From Octopus vulgaris (lineage: Eukaryota), in assembly GCA_951406725.2 (NCBI GenBank), contig OX597836.1:12152001-12216000 (forward strand): 64,000 bases of DNA, written 5' to 3'. Positions 25,620 through 37,904 of this stretch are shown in pieces (the stretch's first letter is position 1; every line of letters starts with the position of its first letter). Under the pieces are notes generated by a model. That model was not told the DNA's origin and ran no database searches. It saw only the letters and a program-made list of their open reading frames with translations. Both the position numbers and the translations under genes were made by a program.

Positions 25620-25891
25620 AAATTGAACCTAGTTTCCATGATGTATGATTGACTGAAAGTAAAATACTTTCTCCCCCCCCACCCTGGATAGGATGCCAGT
25701 CCATTGCAGGGTTAACTTCCCAACCATTACTGGAAATTATTTTCAGCTGAATGGACTGGAGTATCATGAAATGAAGTGTTTTGCTGGACACAATGCTCTT
25801 CTTGGTCTGAGATTTGAAACCACAATCTTAGTATCATAAGTGCAAGACCCCAGTTTTTAAGCTACATACTTTCTCTAGATATTACAGTATC

Positions 25892-26121
25892 TATTTCTTT
25901 ACTTCCCACAAGGAGCTAAACACAGAGGGGACAAACAAGGACAGACAAATGGATTAAGTCGAATATATCAACCCCAGTGCGTAACTGGTACTTATTTAAT
26001 CGACCCCGAAAGGATGAAAGGCAAAGTCTACCTCAGTGGAATTTGAACTAAGAACGTAGCGGCAGATGAAATACTGCTATGCATTTCGTCTGGTGTTCTA
26101 ACATTTCTGCCAGCTCGCCAC
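25892..26121 (-). mobile_element. SINE family B, full length with 17-bp TSD
   Basis: CTAGATATTACAGTATC at 25875-25891 and 26122-26138. Confidence 0.93.
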
Positions 26122-26138
26122 CTAGATATTACAGTATC

Positions 26139-26557
26139 ATCATCATCATCGTCATTTAAAATCTGCTTTCTTTGCTGGTATGGGTTGGATGGTTTGACAT
26201 GGAGTAGGCTAGCAGGGAGCTTTCCAGACTCCAGCTGTCTGTTGAGGCATGGTTTTGACTGCTTGGTGCCCTTCCTAATGCCAACCACTTAACAGAGTGT
26301 ACTGGGTGCTTTTTAAGTGCCACCAGCATGGGTCTCTCAACAAAGCACTGACCCAGTTGCTTTTTGAGTGGCACCAGCACCTGAAAGGTTAAGTCTGTAT
26401 GTGCTAAAGACAGCAGTTTCACTTAGCTCGGCTTGTCTCATAGGGTACAGCAAATACCCACGTCTCCCGGTCCCTTGTCATTTCCTCAGTGAGGCCCAGC
26501 GTCCGAAGGTCCTTTCTCACCACTTCATTCCATACCTTCCTGGGTCTGCCACTTCCT
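26139..26557 (-). mobile_element. RTE-clade LINE 3' end (ORF C-terminus + 3' UTR + (GAT)n tail)
   Basis: Minus strand translates GSGRPRKVWNEVVRKDLRTLGLTEEMTRDRETWVFAV...* (stop 26419-26421), the GRPRKxW...DL..LGL...DR..W motif of RTE ORFs. Confidence 0.88.
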
Positions 26558-27189
26558 TGAGCTTGGCTCTTCTTTATGCAGCTGTCCTCAATATTTCTGA
26601 ATAAGTAGACAGGATGGTCACAGCTTGAATGTCACACTGACCTGGGACAAAATATAGCAACAACAACAACCACAACAACAACAACGACAGGATGCACCTC
26701 CACCACCTCTTCTCTCTGCTAGAAATAGATAGAAGAAATCCAGGAGTGTTTCGTGATGGGAAGAGCAATGTTGTCATTTGACATTTTTGACGGTATTTCG
26801 ACGGTATTTTTCGTCTATGAAGAACACTGTGACTGGTTTTAGATCTGTGTTTCCAAACAGAGCGAAAATCGGCGTAAGATTTTTGTCAATGTTACAACAT
26901 ACGAAAATACTGCTCTGGAAGTGTCAGCTTTCATCCATTTTGTTCGGAATCCATTTGTTTTGTTTTGTTTTGTTTACTTGTTTATAATGTTGTTTGTTCA
27001 ATCCATAGATAGATGTAAATGTCTTCTCTCTCTTGCATCTATCATGTGTTTAGCACCGAAATAACCTCGACCGGTTTTACTAGTCTTCCTCCTATATATT
27101 CAATTTACATTTGGAAACCATAGCAAATATAGTCGGTGCCATTAATCCTGAAAAAATAGTTCTTATCTGATTTATATGTATACTTAGGT

Positions 27190-27222
27190 ATATGTGTGTG
27201 TGTGTGTGTATATATATATGTC

Positions 27223-27269
<47 letters not shown>

Positions 27270-27358
27270 CTACATGAATATATATATGTATATATATATA
27301 TATATGTATATCTACATGAATATATATATGTATATATATATATATATGTATATCTACA

Positions 27359-27397
<39 letters not shown>

Positions 27398-27408
27398 ACA
27401 TGAATATA

Positions 27409-27439
<31 letters not shown>

Positions 27440-27492
27440 GAATATATATATGTATATATACATATATATATATATACATATATTATGATATC

Positions 27493-27534
<42 letters not shown>

Positions 27535-27550
27535 TATATGTGTGTGTGTA
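27190..27550. repeat. (TA)n array punctuated by repeated tatctacatgaa units
   Basis: Direct reading. Confidence 0.9.
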
Positions 27551-27653
27551 TATGCATGTTTATATTTTTATTGATTACCTATTGAACTAGCTGCAGAATG
27601 GAAAATTTAATATCATTTAAGACGACCATTTCCCTAGATTTTATTTTGTGTTG

Positions 27654-27687
<34 letters not shown>

Positions 27688-28591
27688 TATTTATTTCTTT
27701 TTTCTTTTTGTGTGTTTCATTTTGAATTCTCCATTTTTATGTTTGCGTTCCCATCACATCTCGTTAGATCGACGATGATACTACCCGTTTCTGAAATCTT
27801 TCCCGACTTACTTCCAACCTAATTCTTCTCTCTCTTGTCTTTTGTCGGAGTTGAAATTTTGTGAATTCTGACAAACCTAGAAAAGAAGCTAAGAAACTTT
27901 ATTTTTTCTTTTTCTGATTTTTTTTTTTTTTTTTTTTAATCAGGTTTTGCCTCCAAATTACTGTCACTCCCGTTTGTTCTTGTTGTTGTGGCTATGGTTG
28001 TTGTTTCGTTATCTAATTAATTTCAGCAATGTTGGAAAGCAAATTTGGAAATATCATGTGATTATTGCATCACAAGTCACAGGAAAACGTTAACCTTTTC
28101 CCTTTCCACAATGCGTTCGTCTCCTCCGCTTCCAGATGTAGAAGCCTGTTTTCCAATCCAAGAAAAGGAAAAAAAATCTCAGAAACCAAACCAGAATTCT
28201 CCGAGTTTACATCTTCTTAATCTTATCTTTTCTTGCCATATTCTTCTATCGTGATGTCATTCATTTGCAAAACAGACAAGAAATAAGGAATCTGCCATCT
28301 TCCGAAAATATACTGGAAGAATTAACGAGAGGAGGCGGTGGGGTGTTCATCAATGCATTTTTATTGTCAATTTAAGCGCCACAAAAGTTTCATTTCCAGG
28401 ATATCAGAAGATGGTTATCTTAAAAACAGTTAACGTTAATTATTTCCGTCTTGATAAGGAAAAACTGGAGCCCTATAATTTTTGTGTCATTTCTTCGTTT
28501 ATAGGCCAATTAACTGTTGCGCTAATTAAGCTGATTTATGTGCTGGATGTGACGTGTGTATAATATACATATATATATATATATCTGTTTA

Positions 28592-28652
<61 letters not shown>

Positions 28653-28729
28653 GTACATACATACACATGCATATATATACACAGACACATAAACATATAT
28701 ATATATGTACATATATATACACATGTGAA

Positions 28730-29064
28730 GGCGCATGGCTCAGTGGTTAGCACATCGAACTTAGGATCGTGAGGTTGTGAGTTCAAATCCTGGACCGGGC
28801 TACATGTTGTGTTCTTGAGCAAGACACTTTATTTCACATTGCTCCTGTTCACTCAGCTATAGAAATGAGTTGCGATGTCACAGGTGCCAAGCTGTATCGG
28901 CCCCTTTGCCTTTCCCTTGGATAACACTGGTGGCGTGGAGAGAGGAGGCTGGTATGCATGGGCGACTGCTGGTCTTCCATAAACAACCTTGCTTGGACTT
29001 GTGCCTGGGAGAGTAACTTTCTAGGTGCAATCCCATGGTCTGTGTCGTGAGCGAAGGGGGTCTC
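28730..29064 (+). mobile_element. SINE family C (tRNA head + CORE-like domain)
   Basis: A box TGGCTCAGTGG (28736-28746), B box GTTCAAATCC (28781-28790), then gtgttcttgagcaagacacttt...cactcagcta...aaatgag; no tRNA acceptor stem or poly-T terminator. Confidence 0.85.
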
Positions 29065-29399
29065 ATCATATACAGATACACACACACACACACACGTATA
29101 TATAGCATACTGTAGGTACAGGCCTTGTTGTGTGGCTACATTTGCTCCCTAACTGCGTGGTTTGTAGTTTCAGTTCCACTGCAAGACACCTTGAGCGAGT
29201 GTCTTCTATAGCCCCACACTGACCAAGACCTTGCAGTTGGATTTGAGAGATGGGAAACTAAAAGAAGCCTAATATATATATCTGCATCCATATCTCCCTG
29301 CATGTGTTTGTGTGTGTGTATATACATGTACATATATATTATATATATATATATATAGGTATACATGTCTATCTTACATCTATGTATATATGCGTGTTC

Positions 29400-29640
29400 A
29401 TCTCCTCTTGACATCAATGATGGTTATTAGCAAGCATCTTTCTCATACAAATGGTGACCTTCTGTTTCTTGTATTCTGTGAATACATGTCTGGTTATGGG
29501 GGAAATATTACCTTGCTTCCAAACAGGTAAGAGTTGGCACCAAGGACAACTGGCTGTAGAAAATCCACTTCGGGGAATTCTGTCCCACCCATGACAGCGT
29601 GGAAGAATGGACGTTAAACCTATAATAATGATGATCATGA
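29400..29640 (+). mobile_element. RTE-related 3' UTR fragment (older subfamily)
   Basis: ggggaaatattaccttg...ctgtagaaaatc...ggacgttaaa; homologous to 57690-57920 (-). Confidence 0.6.
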
Positions 29641-29669
29641 TGATCACACAGACAATTATTCACATACAT

Positions 29670-29700
<31 letters not shown>

Positions 29701-29977
29701 CCATCACCATCATCATCATCATCACCATCACCATCATCATCATCACCATCATCATCATCATAATCACCATCTCTATGCCTGCTCTTTCCATGCATGCGTG
29801 CTTAACAGGTACTTTGACCCTGAAAGGCTGAAAGGCAGAATTGACCTTGTCCAAATTTGAACTCTGAATGTAAAGATGGATGATAAGCTGTTAAGCATTT
29901 TACCTACTGTGCTTAATGATTCTGTTACCTCACCATCTTAATAACAGTAGTAGTAGTAGTAATAGTAGTAGTGGTAG

Positions 29978-30759
29978 TAAGACCACTCAGAGAGCGCAAA
30001 CCTCCGCCAAGGCAACACCAACATCCTCTTAATGATTAACCAGAGATGATTTTTTTAAATGAGAATATCTGAAATAAACTCGATTCCTCTCACAAAGGAG
30101 AATACTAAAAGTGAACCCGACCGTTCTCAGAAATTAGGTAAAGTAAGAAATGGAAAAATAATCCAGAATCCTTGTCTGGTACCAGATCAATCCCAAAATC
30201 CAATCAGTTTGTGCCAGTTACTCGTAACTCTTTTACTCTTTTACTTGTTTCAGTCATTTGACTGCGGCTATGCTGGAGCACCACCTATAGTCGACCAAAT
30301 CGACCCCCAGGACTTATTCTTTGTAAGCCTAGTACTTATTCTATCGGTCTCTTTTGCCGAACCGCTAAGTAACAGGGACGTAAACACACCAGCATCGGTT
30401 GTCAAGCAATGCTTGGGGGGACAAACACAGACACACAAACACACACGCACGCACACATATATATATATAAATATATACGACGGGCTTCTTTCAGTTTCCG
30501 TCTACCAAATACACTCACAAGGCATTGGTCGGCCCGGGGCTATAGCAGAAGACAGTTGCCCAAGGTGCCACGCAGTAGGACTGAACCCGGAACCATGTGA
30601 TTGGTTAGCAAGCTACTTACCACACAGCCACTCCTGCGCCAAACATCCCCCAAAATTTCATCCGAATCCATCCAGCGGTTCTTGAGATATCTTGTCCATG
30701 GACAAACAAACTATTACAACTGAAAACAATACCTCCGCCTTAGCGAAGGCGGAGGTAAT
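29978..30759. mobile_element. Helentron-associated (HINE-like) non-autonomous element interrupted by a SINE
   Basis: ACCTCCGCC near one end (30000-30009) and a 12-bp-stem palindrome TACCTCCGCCTT-agcg-AAGGCGGAGGTA (30730-30757) at the other; aaatttcatccgaatccatcc body. Confidence 0.6.
30227..30640 (-). mobile_element. SINE family A, full length
   Basis: 5' GGCGCAGGAGTGGCTGTGTGG at 30640; (GAGTAAAA)n tail at about 30227. Confidence 0.93.
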
Positions 30760-31100
30760 AATCAAAATGCAAATTGCTTTAACCCATTCCTCAGTTAAAG
30801 AGAGGCTGAGCCGATATCGTTTCTGTTACCATAGCAACAACAAGCCAAGAGACTGGTGTGAATAAACCATATAAAACCGAATGGTAAGAAATCAATGGAA
30901 TGATGAAGTCATCTCTCTGTTGTTGCTATCCATCCCAGTTGGCCCAGGAAATCTGCCAAGAATACATTCAAATGGTTCTTATGCACACATGCACACACAA
31001 GCATGTATATGTGTGTGTGTGTGTGTGTGTGTATGTATATATATACATATATACATGTATATAAATATATGCAGACACGTGTGTGTGTGTTTATATATAT

Positions 31101-31489
31101 ACTCTTTTTCTCTTTTATTCTTTTACTTGTTTCAGTCATGTGACTGTGGCCATGCTGGAGCACCGCCTTTAGTCGGGCAGATCGAGCCCCCCAGGACTTA
31201 TTCTTTGTAAGCCTAGTACTTATTCTATCGGTCTCTTTTGCCGAACCGCTAAATTACGGGGATGTAAACACACCAGCATCGGTTGTCAAGTTATCTTGGG
31301 GGAACAAACGCAAACACACAAACATATACACAAACGTACATATAAACATATATATATGTATATACAACAGGCTTCTTTCAGTTTCTGTCTACCAAATCCA
31401 CTCACAAGGTTTTGGTCAGCCCGAGGCTATTGTAGAAGACACTTGCCCAAGGTGCTACGCAGTGGGACTGAACCCAGAACCATGTGGTT
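31101..31489 (-). mobile_element. SINE family A, 5'-truncated; another tail fragment follows at about 31500-31720
   Basis: Highly similar to 30227-30640. Confidence 0.9.
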
Positions 31490-32180
31490 ATATATTGTCT
31501 TTTATCTTTAACTTGTTTCAGTCATTAGACTGTGGCCATGCTGGGGCACCACCTTGCAGAATTTTTAGTTGAATGGATTGACCTCAGCACTAACTATTTT
31601 CATTCTTTTCAAGCCTGATACTTATTCTGTCAGTCCATTTTCCCAAAGAGCTAAGTAATGGGGCCATAAACAAACCAGTACCGGTTGTGAAGTGGTTGTG
31701 GAGGCGGTGGAAACGCAGACACAAACACATGTTTGAGAAGGGCTTTGTGTCCGACACGTCTGATGTGGTTATCTCTAGCAGCCATGGTAGACTTAGTCCT
31801 GATTTGATGACGTAACGTCAGGCATCGATCGCTGTTTATTTAATTAGTCCCAGGAGGATGAAAAGAAAAATTTAATCATTTAATCCTATCAGAATTTGAA
31901 CTCAACTCAGAGCTTCGACATTGTAGTCATTTCAAACCTTGCACTTTATCATTTTGTGTCACTGCACTGGCGTCCTATCACTTTGTTAAATCACTTGGCT
32001 CATAAGTCACATTGAGCATCGATCGGGATCATCAATCATTTTAAAGTAATTCCACCCATTTCTATTGGCTGCAGCGAATCCTTTGTGATTTTCCTTCGCA
32101 GCTCACGTCCCGATATCCATATCATGTCTTTCCTCATACGTCATTCTGTCACAGCCTCTCTTGGTTCAATATATATATAT

Positions 32181-32570
32181 AGGAGTGGCTGTGTGGTAAG
32201 TAGCTTGCTTACCAACCACATGGTTCCGAGTTCAGTCCCACTGCGTGGCATCTTGGGCAAGTGTCTTCTGCTATAGCCTCAGGCCGACCAAAGCCTTGTG
32301 AGTGGATTTGGTAGACGGAAACTGAAAGAAGCCCGTCGTATATATGTATGTGTGTCTGTGTTTGTCCCCCCAACATCATTTGACAACCGATGCTGGTGTG
32401 TTTACGTCCCCGTCACTTAGCGGCTCGGCAAAAAAGAGACCAAAAAATAAGTACTAGGCTTACAAAGAATAAGTCCTGGGGGGCCGATTTGATCGACTAA
32501 AGGCGGTGCTCCAGCATGGCCACAGTCACATGACTGAAACAAGTAAAAGAGAGTAAAAAAAAAAGAGAGT
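32181..32570 (+). mobile_element. SINE family A, nearly full length
   Basis: aggagtggctgtgtggtaag...aggcggtgctccagcatggccacagtcacatgactgaaacaagtaaaag. Confidence 0.93.
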
Positions 32571-33055
32571 ATATATGTATATATATATATATATATGTAA
32601 AGGCCAAAATCTAGAAGCTTCTCCTTCATCGAAATCCTTCTAATGGATTAACGCATCTTTAAAAAACAGCACCGCACGACAGTTGTTGACCTGTCTGCAG
32701 GGCGGCGTTGTAATCACGTTGTTTTGCATTGCGTCGTGTTTGTCGTCTCAGACTCTTAAGAACAAACAGACAGTCTTTCTCTCGTCTTTTTCCTTTCAAT
32801 CACTCGTTATTAACGCACGGCTTTTATTAGCTCTCGTCACAAAAGAGGCTTTCATTAAAGATCAGCTTTCAAATAAAAACCTATTAGCTTGTCAGTGACT
32901 CTGCGGTCAAACTGTCAACCCCGAAGGAGATGAGCTGAGCAGGAATAATTCCTCCGATAGAACAGATATTAGCTGGAAATTTAGCAATAATTTCTGTCTT
33001 GTTACATGTACTGAACAAATAATATCAATCAAGTGTTGTTGGGACAAGCTACGGA

Positions 33056-33430
33056 TGAGAGAGAGAGAGGGGGGGAGCGAAAGAGAGGGAGAGAGGGGGG
33101 AAGGAGAGCAAAAGAGAGAGAAAGGGGGGAGAGGAGAGCAAAAGAGAGGGAGAGAGGATGGAGAGGAGAGCAAAAGAGAGGGAGAGAAAGGGGGGAGAGG
33201 AGAGCAAAAGAGAGGGAGAGAGAGGGGAAGGAGAGCGAAAGAGGGAGAGGAGAGCAAAAGAGAGGGAGAGAAAGGGGAGAGGAGAGCAAAAGAGAGGGAG
33301 AGTGAGGTGAGAGGAGAGCAAAAGAGGGAGAGAAAGGGGTGAGAGGAGAGCAAAAGAGAGGGAGAGAAAGGGGGAGAGGAGAGCAAACTAGAAGGAGAGA
33401 GAGGGGGGAAGGAGAGCGAATGAGGGAGAG
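33056..33430. repeat. Polypurine minisatellite (~25-33 bp unit gagaggagagcaaaagagagggagagaaagggg)
   Basis: About ten recurrences of ggagagc(a/g)aaagag. Confidence 0.9.
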
Positions 33431-34089
33431 TTATAAGTTATTAGCTTGGAGTTTTCTCTTGGTGATTGCATTTCTTGTTTTTCCAAATGATGGTCTTAAT
33501 ACACAACTGACTTTTTAACGCATTCTTCCTCGTTATTATTGCCTCTCCCGTCTCAACATAAATTGAATTCCATTTGAAAAGGCACTTGTAATGTTTCCCC
33601 CCCTGACGGGTCGGTGAGTGGGTGGACAGGTGGGTAATTGGATGGTGCTGTGTGTGTTGGTGGAGAAAAGGGGGTGGCTGGTGGCTGCTTGAAAAATATA
33701 ACCTTTCTTTGACCAGTGTCTCTGCTGAATGGTCACTGCTGAAGGATGACAGCAGTGGTAGTGAAGGTGGTGATGGTGGTGGTAGTGGGTAATTAGTAGA
33801 AATACTTCTAGTTTGAGAGTGTGGGGAGAGGATATTCTTAGACCAATAATTGCAGATGTCATCAGTGACACCCCCCCCACACACACACAGATACACACCG
33901 CCAACATCACTTTCTTTGTCTCCCAACCTTTGACCATACATATGCATATATATGTGCTTATATACACACATATATGTGTATGTGTGTTTGTGTGTGTACA
34001 CACCCATTATACACACATACATATATACATGGACACACACACACACACCTAGTATATACACACACATATATACATACATATATATAGAC

Positions 34090-34416
34090 ACACAAACACA
34101 CATCCATACATGCACACACACACACACACATCCATACATGCACACACACATCCATACATGCACACACAGACACACACACATCCATACATGCACACACACA
34201 TCCATACAGGCACACACACACACACACACAGACACACACACATCCATACATGCAGATACACACATCCATACATGCACACACACACATCCATGCACACACA
34301 CACACATCCATACATGCACACACACGCACAGACACACACACATCCATACATGCACACACACACATCCATACATGCACACACACACACACATCCATACATG
34401 CACACACACACACACA
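34090..34416. repeat. Minisatellite (CA)n-TCCATACATG
   Basis: catccatacatg recurs every ~20-40 bp; explains the 324-aa [11 protein letters not shown]. Confidence 0.92.
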
Positions 34417-35534
34417 TGATTATATGTATGTGTATGTATATGGGTGTGTGTGTGTGTGTGTGTATTTCACTTTCAGTCACAGCATTTTACAATTTACAAC
34501 CACTGTCACGGCAACAACGACAGCAGCAACAACAGTAACGGTGTTCTCGGAAGATGATTTCGCTTGGCTGTCTTTTACATGTAATTCATATACTTGATGT
34601 TGATAACATCTTGACAAATGTCTATGTTTAATACTTTGCCATTTTACTAAGCTAAAACGAGGTAGCTTATATAATTAATTATTTTCACTTCTGAAGAAAA
34701 GAAATAAATGAACGCAAAGAAATAAAAATCTAAAAAAAAAAAATCTACCCTAATCAATAAACGTAAAATAGATGTTTCTTCTCATCATTGTTGTTGTTGC
34801 TACTGCTGTTGTTGTTGTTGTTGTCATTGTTTCTTGTTGTTACTGTTGTTGTTGTTCCTTTTTACAGTTTCACTTTAGAATCATTCAAGTTTCCAGAATT
34901 GATTTCCAATAAACTATCCATGGATTCTCCTTCCCGATTTTTCACCCACACACTTACACTCCACCACTACCAAAGTCACTACCGCTGTCCTTTTGCTTTC
35001 TCTCTTTCTCTTTCCCTCTCTTTCTCTCTCCTTCCTTTGTCACTAACAAACTACACAGCTCAACATTCTAAATCTGACCTGTAAAATACAATGTACAAAT
35101 CAAGCTTTATTGACAGACTAATCTTCGGTAGTATTTTTATCTGATCCCCAAGTGTATAGCCTTACTATTGAAAGGTGATAGCTTTTTCGGAACCAGTATT
35201 TTCTGGCAGCAAATCTCCACTTTATTTATTTATTTATTCATTTATTTTCTCCCCATCACCATCATCTTCCTCCACATCATTTTCCTTCTCCCACTCTTCC
35301 TCATCACCATTATTGTCTTCTAAGACACAGTTTTACATCTTGCTGACTGTCGCTAAGATTTTCAGCTGGATTTTCAGTGCAAGTATACGACATTTTAAAA
35401 GTTCTTCGTTTGCATTGTCTTGTGATGCAGTTTCTAATTAAGTGAGAGATTTATGATGTTTTCGATGTTGCTCTTATTGTGGCTGTTGTTTAGCCCTTGG
35501 TCAGCTCTGGTTTTGCAGAACCATGATCACAAGC

Positions 35535-35880
35535 TTTCTTTACTAGTTTCAGCCTGAGAGATGCGGCCATGCTGGAGCACCACTTTCAGCTTTGCTACAC
35601 TTTCACTTAAACCTCCTTTGATATGTGGCATTTGTGTCAAGAGGGAGTTTAATGTTGCTGCCCTCATCTGCGTTTCTGGCCACATGGAAGGTTCGTCTGG
35701 AAATCTTGACAGGATGGGATCCAGTTTTGTTTTGTAGACACCCTATATTCACCCTATGTAGGTCTCTCAGGCTTTGTGCGAGAATATTGAAGAGGTGTGG
35801 GCCCTTGAAGCCAAAGCTGTTGCAGTATCTGGTCCTATATCCTGATGGAAATGTTGAGATTTTTGGTACTATGCAGTACC
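35535..35880 (-). mobile_element. CR1-clade LINE 3' end (frameshifted ORF2 C-terminus + 3' tail)
   Basis: Minus strand: YCIVPKISTFPSGYRTRYCNSFGFKGPHLFNILAQSLRDLH / VYKTKLDPILSRFPDEP...MRAATLNSL, matching the NSxxxxGPxLFNxLP...FKxKLD pattern of CR1 ORF2 ends. Confidence 0.8.
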
Positions 35881-36317
35881 TTTCACCTTCATTTGTTTCT
35901 TTCAGACAAAATGTATCAAGGACTATAAAACAGAGAGTTACTTACTTGCAAATAAATGTGTTAACATGTGATATTATTGACCGAGGTTACCGTGGTCTTT
36001 TCTGTAGGCTTTTCTTTCTACGGATAAACCTTATCTGCTTCCCCCTTTACACTTTACATCATGACATTTCTGTGATACACGATCCCTATTGATTGTTTTT
36101 TTTCTTTTCTTTATTCTTTTTTTTTCTTTCCTTTTTACGATCCCTTTTGATCAAAAACCTACCCCACTTTTTTTTTGCTCCCCAAAAAGAAAAACTCTAC
36201 TTTGTAATTTGTCCCGTCTGTGTTCAGCCCTGTGTGGCTAATAAAGAAACATATCTATCTATCTATCTATCTATATATATTTATATTTATATATATATAT
36301 ATATATACTGCACCATG

Positions 36318-36492
36318 ATAGATCGTTAGCCACTACACACATTTTTTCTCTCCTCGTTTTTTCTGTGTCCCTTTCTGTTGAAGAGCATAGGCTTGAAATG
36401 TAAAAGACTTTTTCTATTCCTGACTGTTATACTAATACATCTGTTTGTTTTGTACACCACCTGTCTTCGTCTTTTGTTTTCTCGTAAACTCT

Positions 36493-36497
<5 letters not shown>
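36318..36497 (+). mobile_element. Putative Penelope-like pseudo-LTR fragment with a decayed hammerhead-like motif
   Basis: Island between (TA)n tracts; cttt-ctgttga-a-gagc-atag-gctt-gaaa-tg-ta-aaag at 36371-36406. Confidence 0.45.
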
Positions 36498-36536
<39 letters not shown>

Positions 36537-37339
36537 AGACACACTCCTACATATATATTAATTGATGATGATGATATATATATAATTTCTAAAGATGGAA
36601 GGTGCTTCTAATTAAAATACTCTGCCGATCCATGCTTCCTATTGTATTTCTCAGGCGTCACTACTTAAATACATTTGGCTCAAAGGAAGGAAGCAAGTTC
36701 AAATTTCAGTATAGCGACCAATCTCATTAACACTTTCAATGCCAGTCCACCCAAGACCTCCTCTGTTTAAACGTGCTTATATTTTAATTGAAAATCTTAG
36801 AACAAAAGAAAAAAAGAAAAAGAGGCCCGCCTTCGTTATTTTAAATACAGAGAAAGGAAATGAATTCAGATTTCAATGAATTTATGCCACCTCGTTACCA
36901 ATCTGCCCAGAATCACATTAATTAAAGTTTTTATTACAACAATTACTTGAATTTTATGCTGGTCGTTACCAACCTTAGGTATAGATGCAATGACGTTAGA
37001 AATGGTGTTATGTCACTGATTGGGGTCGTTGGGTCCATGGTTACGTTAGGCCACTTGCTTTGAAGGGCTTTTTCGGTTTTTAATTAATGGTATCCACCCC
37101 AGTACTTACTTTTTGTTCTGACTTCTTTTTTTTTTTGGTTGTGGGGGCGGGATGTAATTCTGACTTATCTTATCAATCTCCATTTGTTGTGGAACTGCTA
37201 AGTTACAGGAAATAAACGAAAAATAAACCAACAAGGGCATGTTCAGGACATTGTTAGTGTAAGAACAAACATAATGTCTATATAAAATATGTACACACAT
37301 TTATGTGTGGGTGTGTTTCCACACATAAACATACATGTC

Positions 37340-37680
37340 GCCTTACTGGCACTTGTGCTGGTGGCACGTGAAAAAACATTCGAGTGAGGTCATTGCCAGT
37401 GCCGTTGGACTGGCTCCTGTGCAGGTGGCACATAAAAGGCACCATGTGAGCGTGGTCATTGCCAGTACCACCTAACTGGCCCTCGTGCCAGTGGCATATA
37501 AAAAGCACCCACTACACTCTCGGAGTGGTTGGTGTTAGGAAGAGCATCCAGCTGTAGAAACTCTGCCAGATCAGATTGGTGTCTGGTGCAGCCATCTGGT
37601 TCACCAGCCATCAGTTAAATCGTCCAACCCATGCTAGCATGGAAAATGGATGTTAAACAATGATGATAATGATGATGATA
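37340..37680 (+). mobile_element. RTE LINE 3' UTR with internal ~70-bp tandem repeats and (GAT)n tail
   Basis: gtggca(c/t)(g/a)t...aaaa three times; ggagtggttggtgttaggaagagcatccagc...gctagcatggaaa. Confidence 0.88.
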
Positions 37681-37904
37681 AATATACATGTACATATATA
37701 TATGTATGTATATGTGTGTATGTATATATATATATATATATATAAACATTCACACACACATATACATGTTCCATATGAACAATTACAATTTTTAAATTTT
37801 AATGTGGCACCAGCTCTTATGTGGTTGTCATGCAGCTTGTAAGATTAAGAATAGGATATTAGTCTTGCAAGCTACATGTCAAATCTTCCTAGTATTCATG
37901 CTAC

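Noticed and set aside
27900-27950. Second AG|GT ratchet-like site after poly-T (also 53270-53290 and 59375-59390)
   Set aside because: The regenerated donors (GTTTTG, GTTTTT, GTGCAA) are poor matches to GTRAGT.
28730-28800. Possible tRNA gene
   Set aside because: A and B boxes are present, but it continues into a CORE-like SINE body with no acceptor stem or terminator.
30059-30685. 208-aa ORF (and similar ORFs with SVSVYQIHSQG or RRHLPKV peptides)
   Set aside because: Reading frames through SINE family A; the same peptides recur wherever the SINE occurs.
33441-34415. 324-aa minus-strand ORF with CVCVHVWM repeats
   Set aside because: Open only because of the (CA)n-TCCATACATG minisatellite; the remainder has no recognisable protein features.
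35625-36092. 155-aa + strand ORF of normal-looking composition
   Set aside because: It is the antisense frame of the CR1 LINE fragment on the minus strand.
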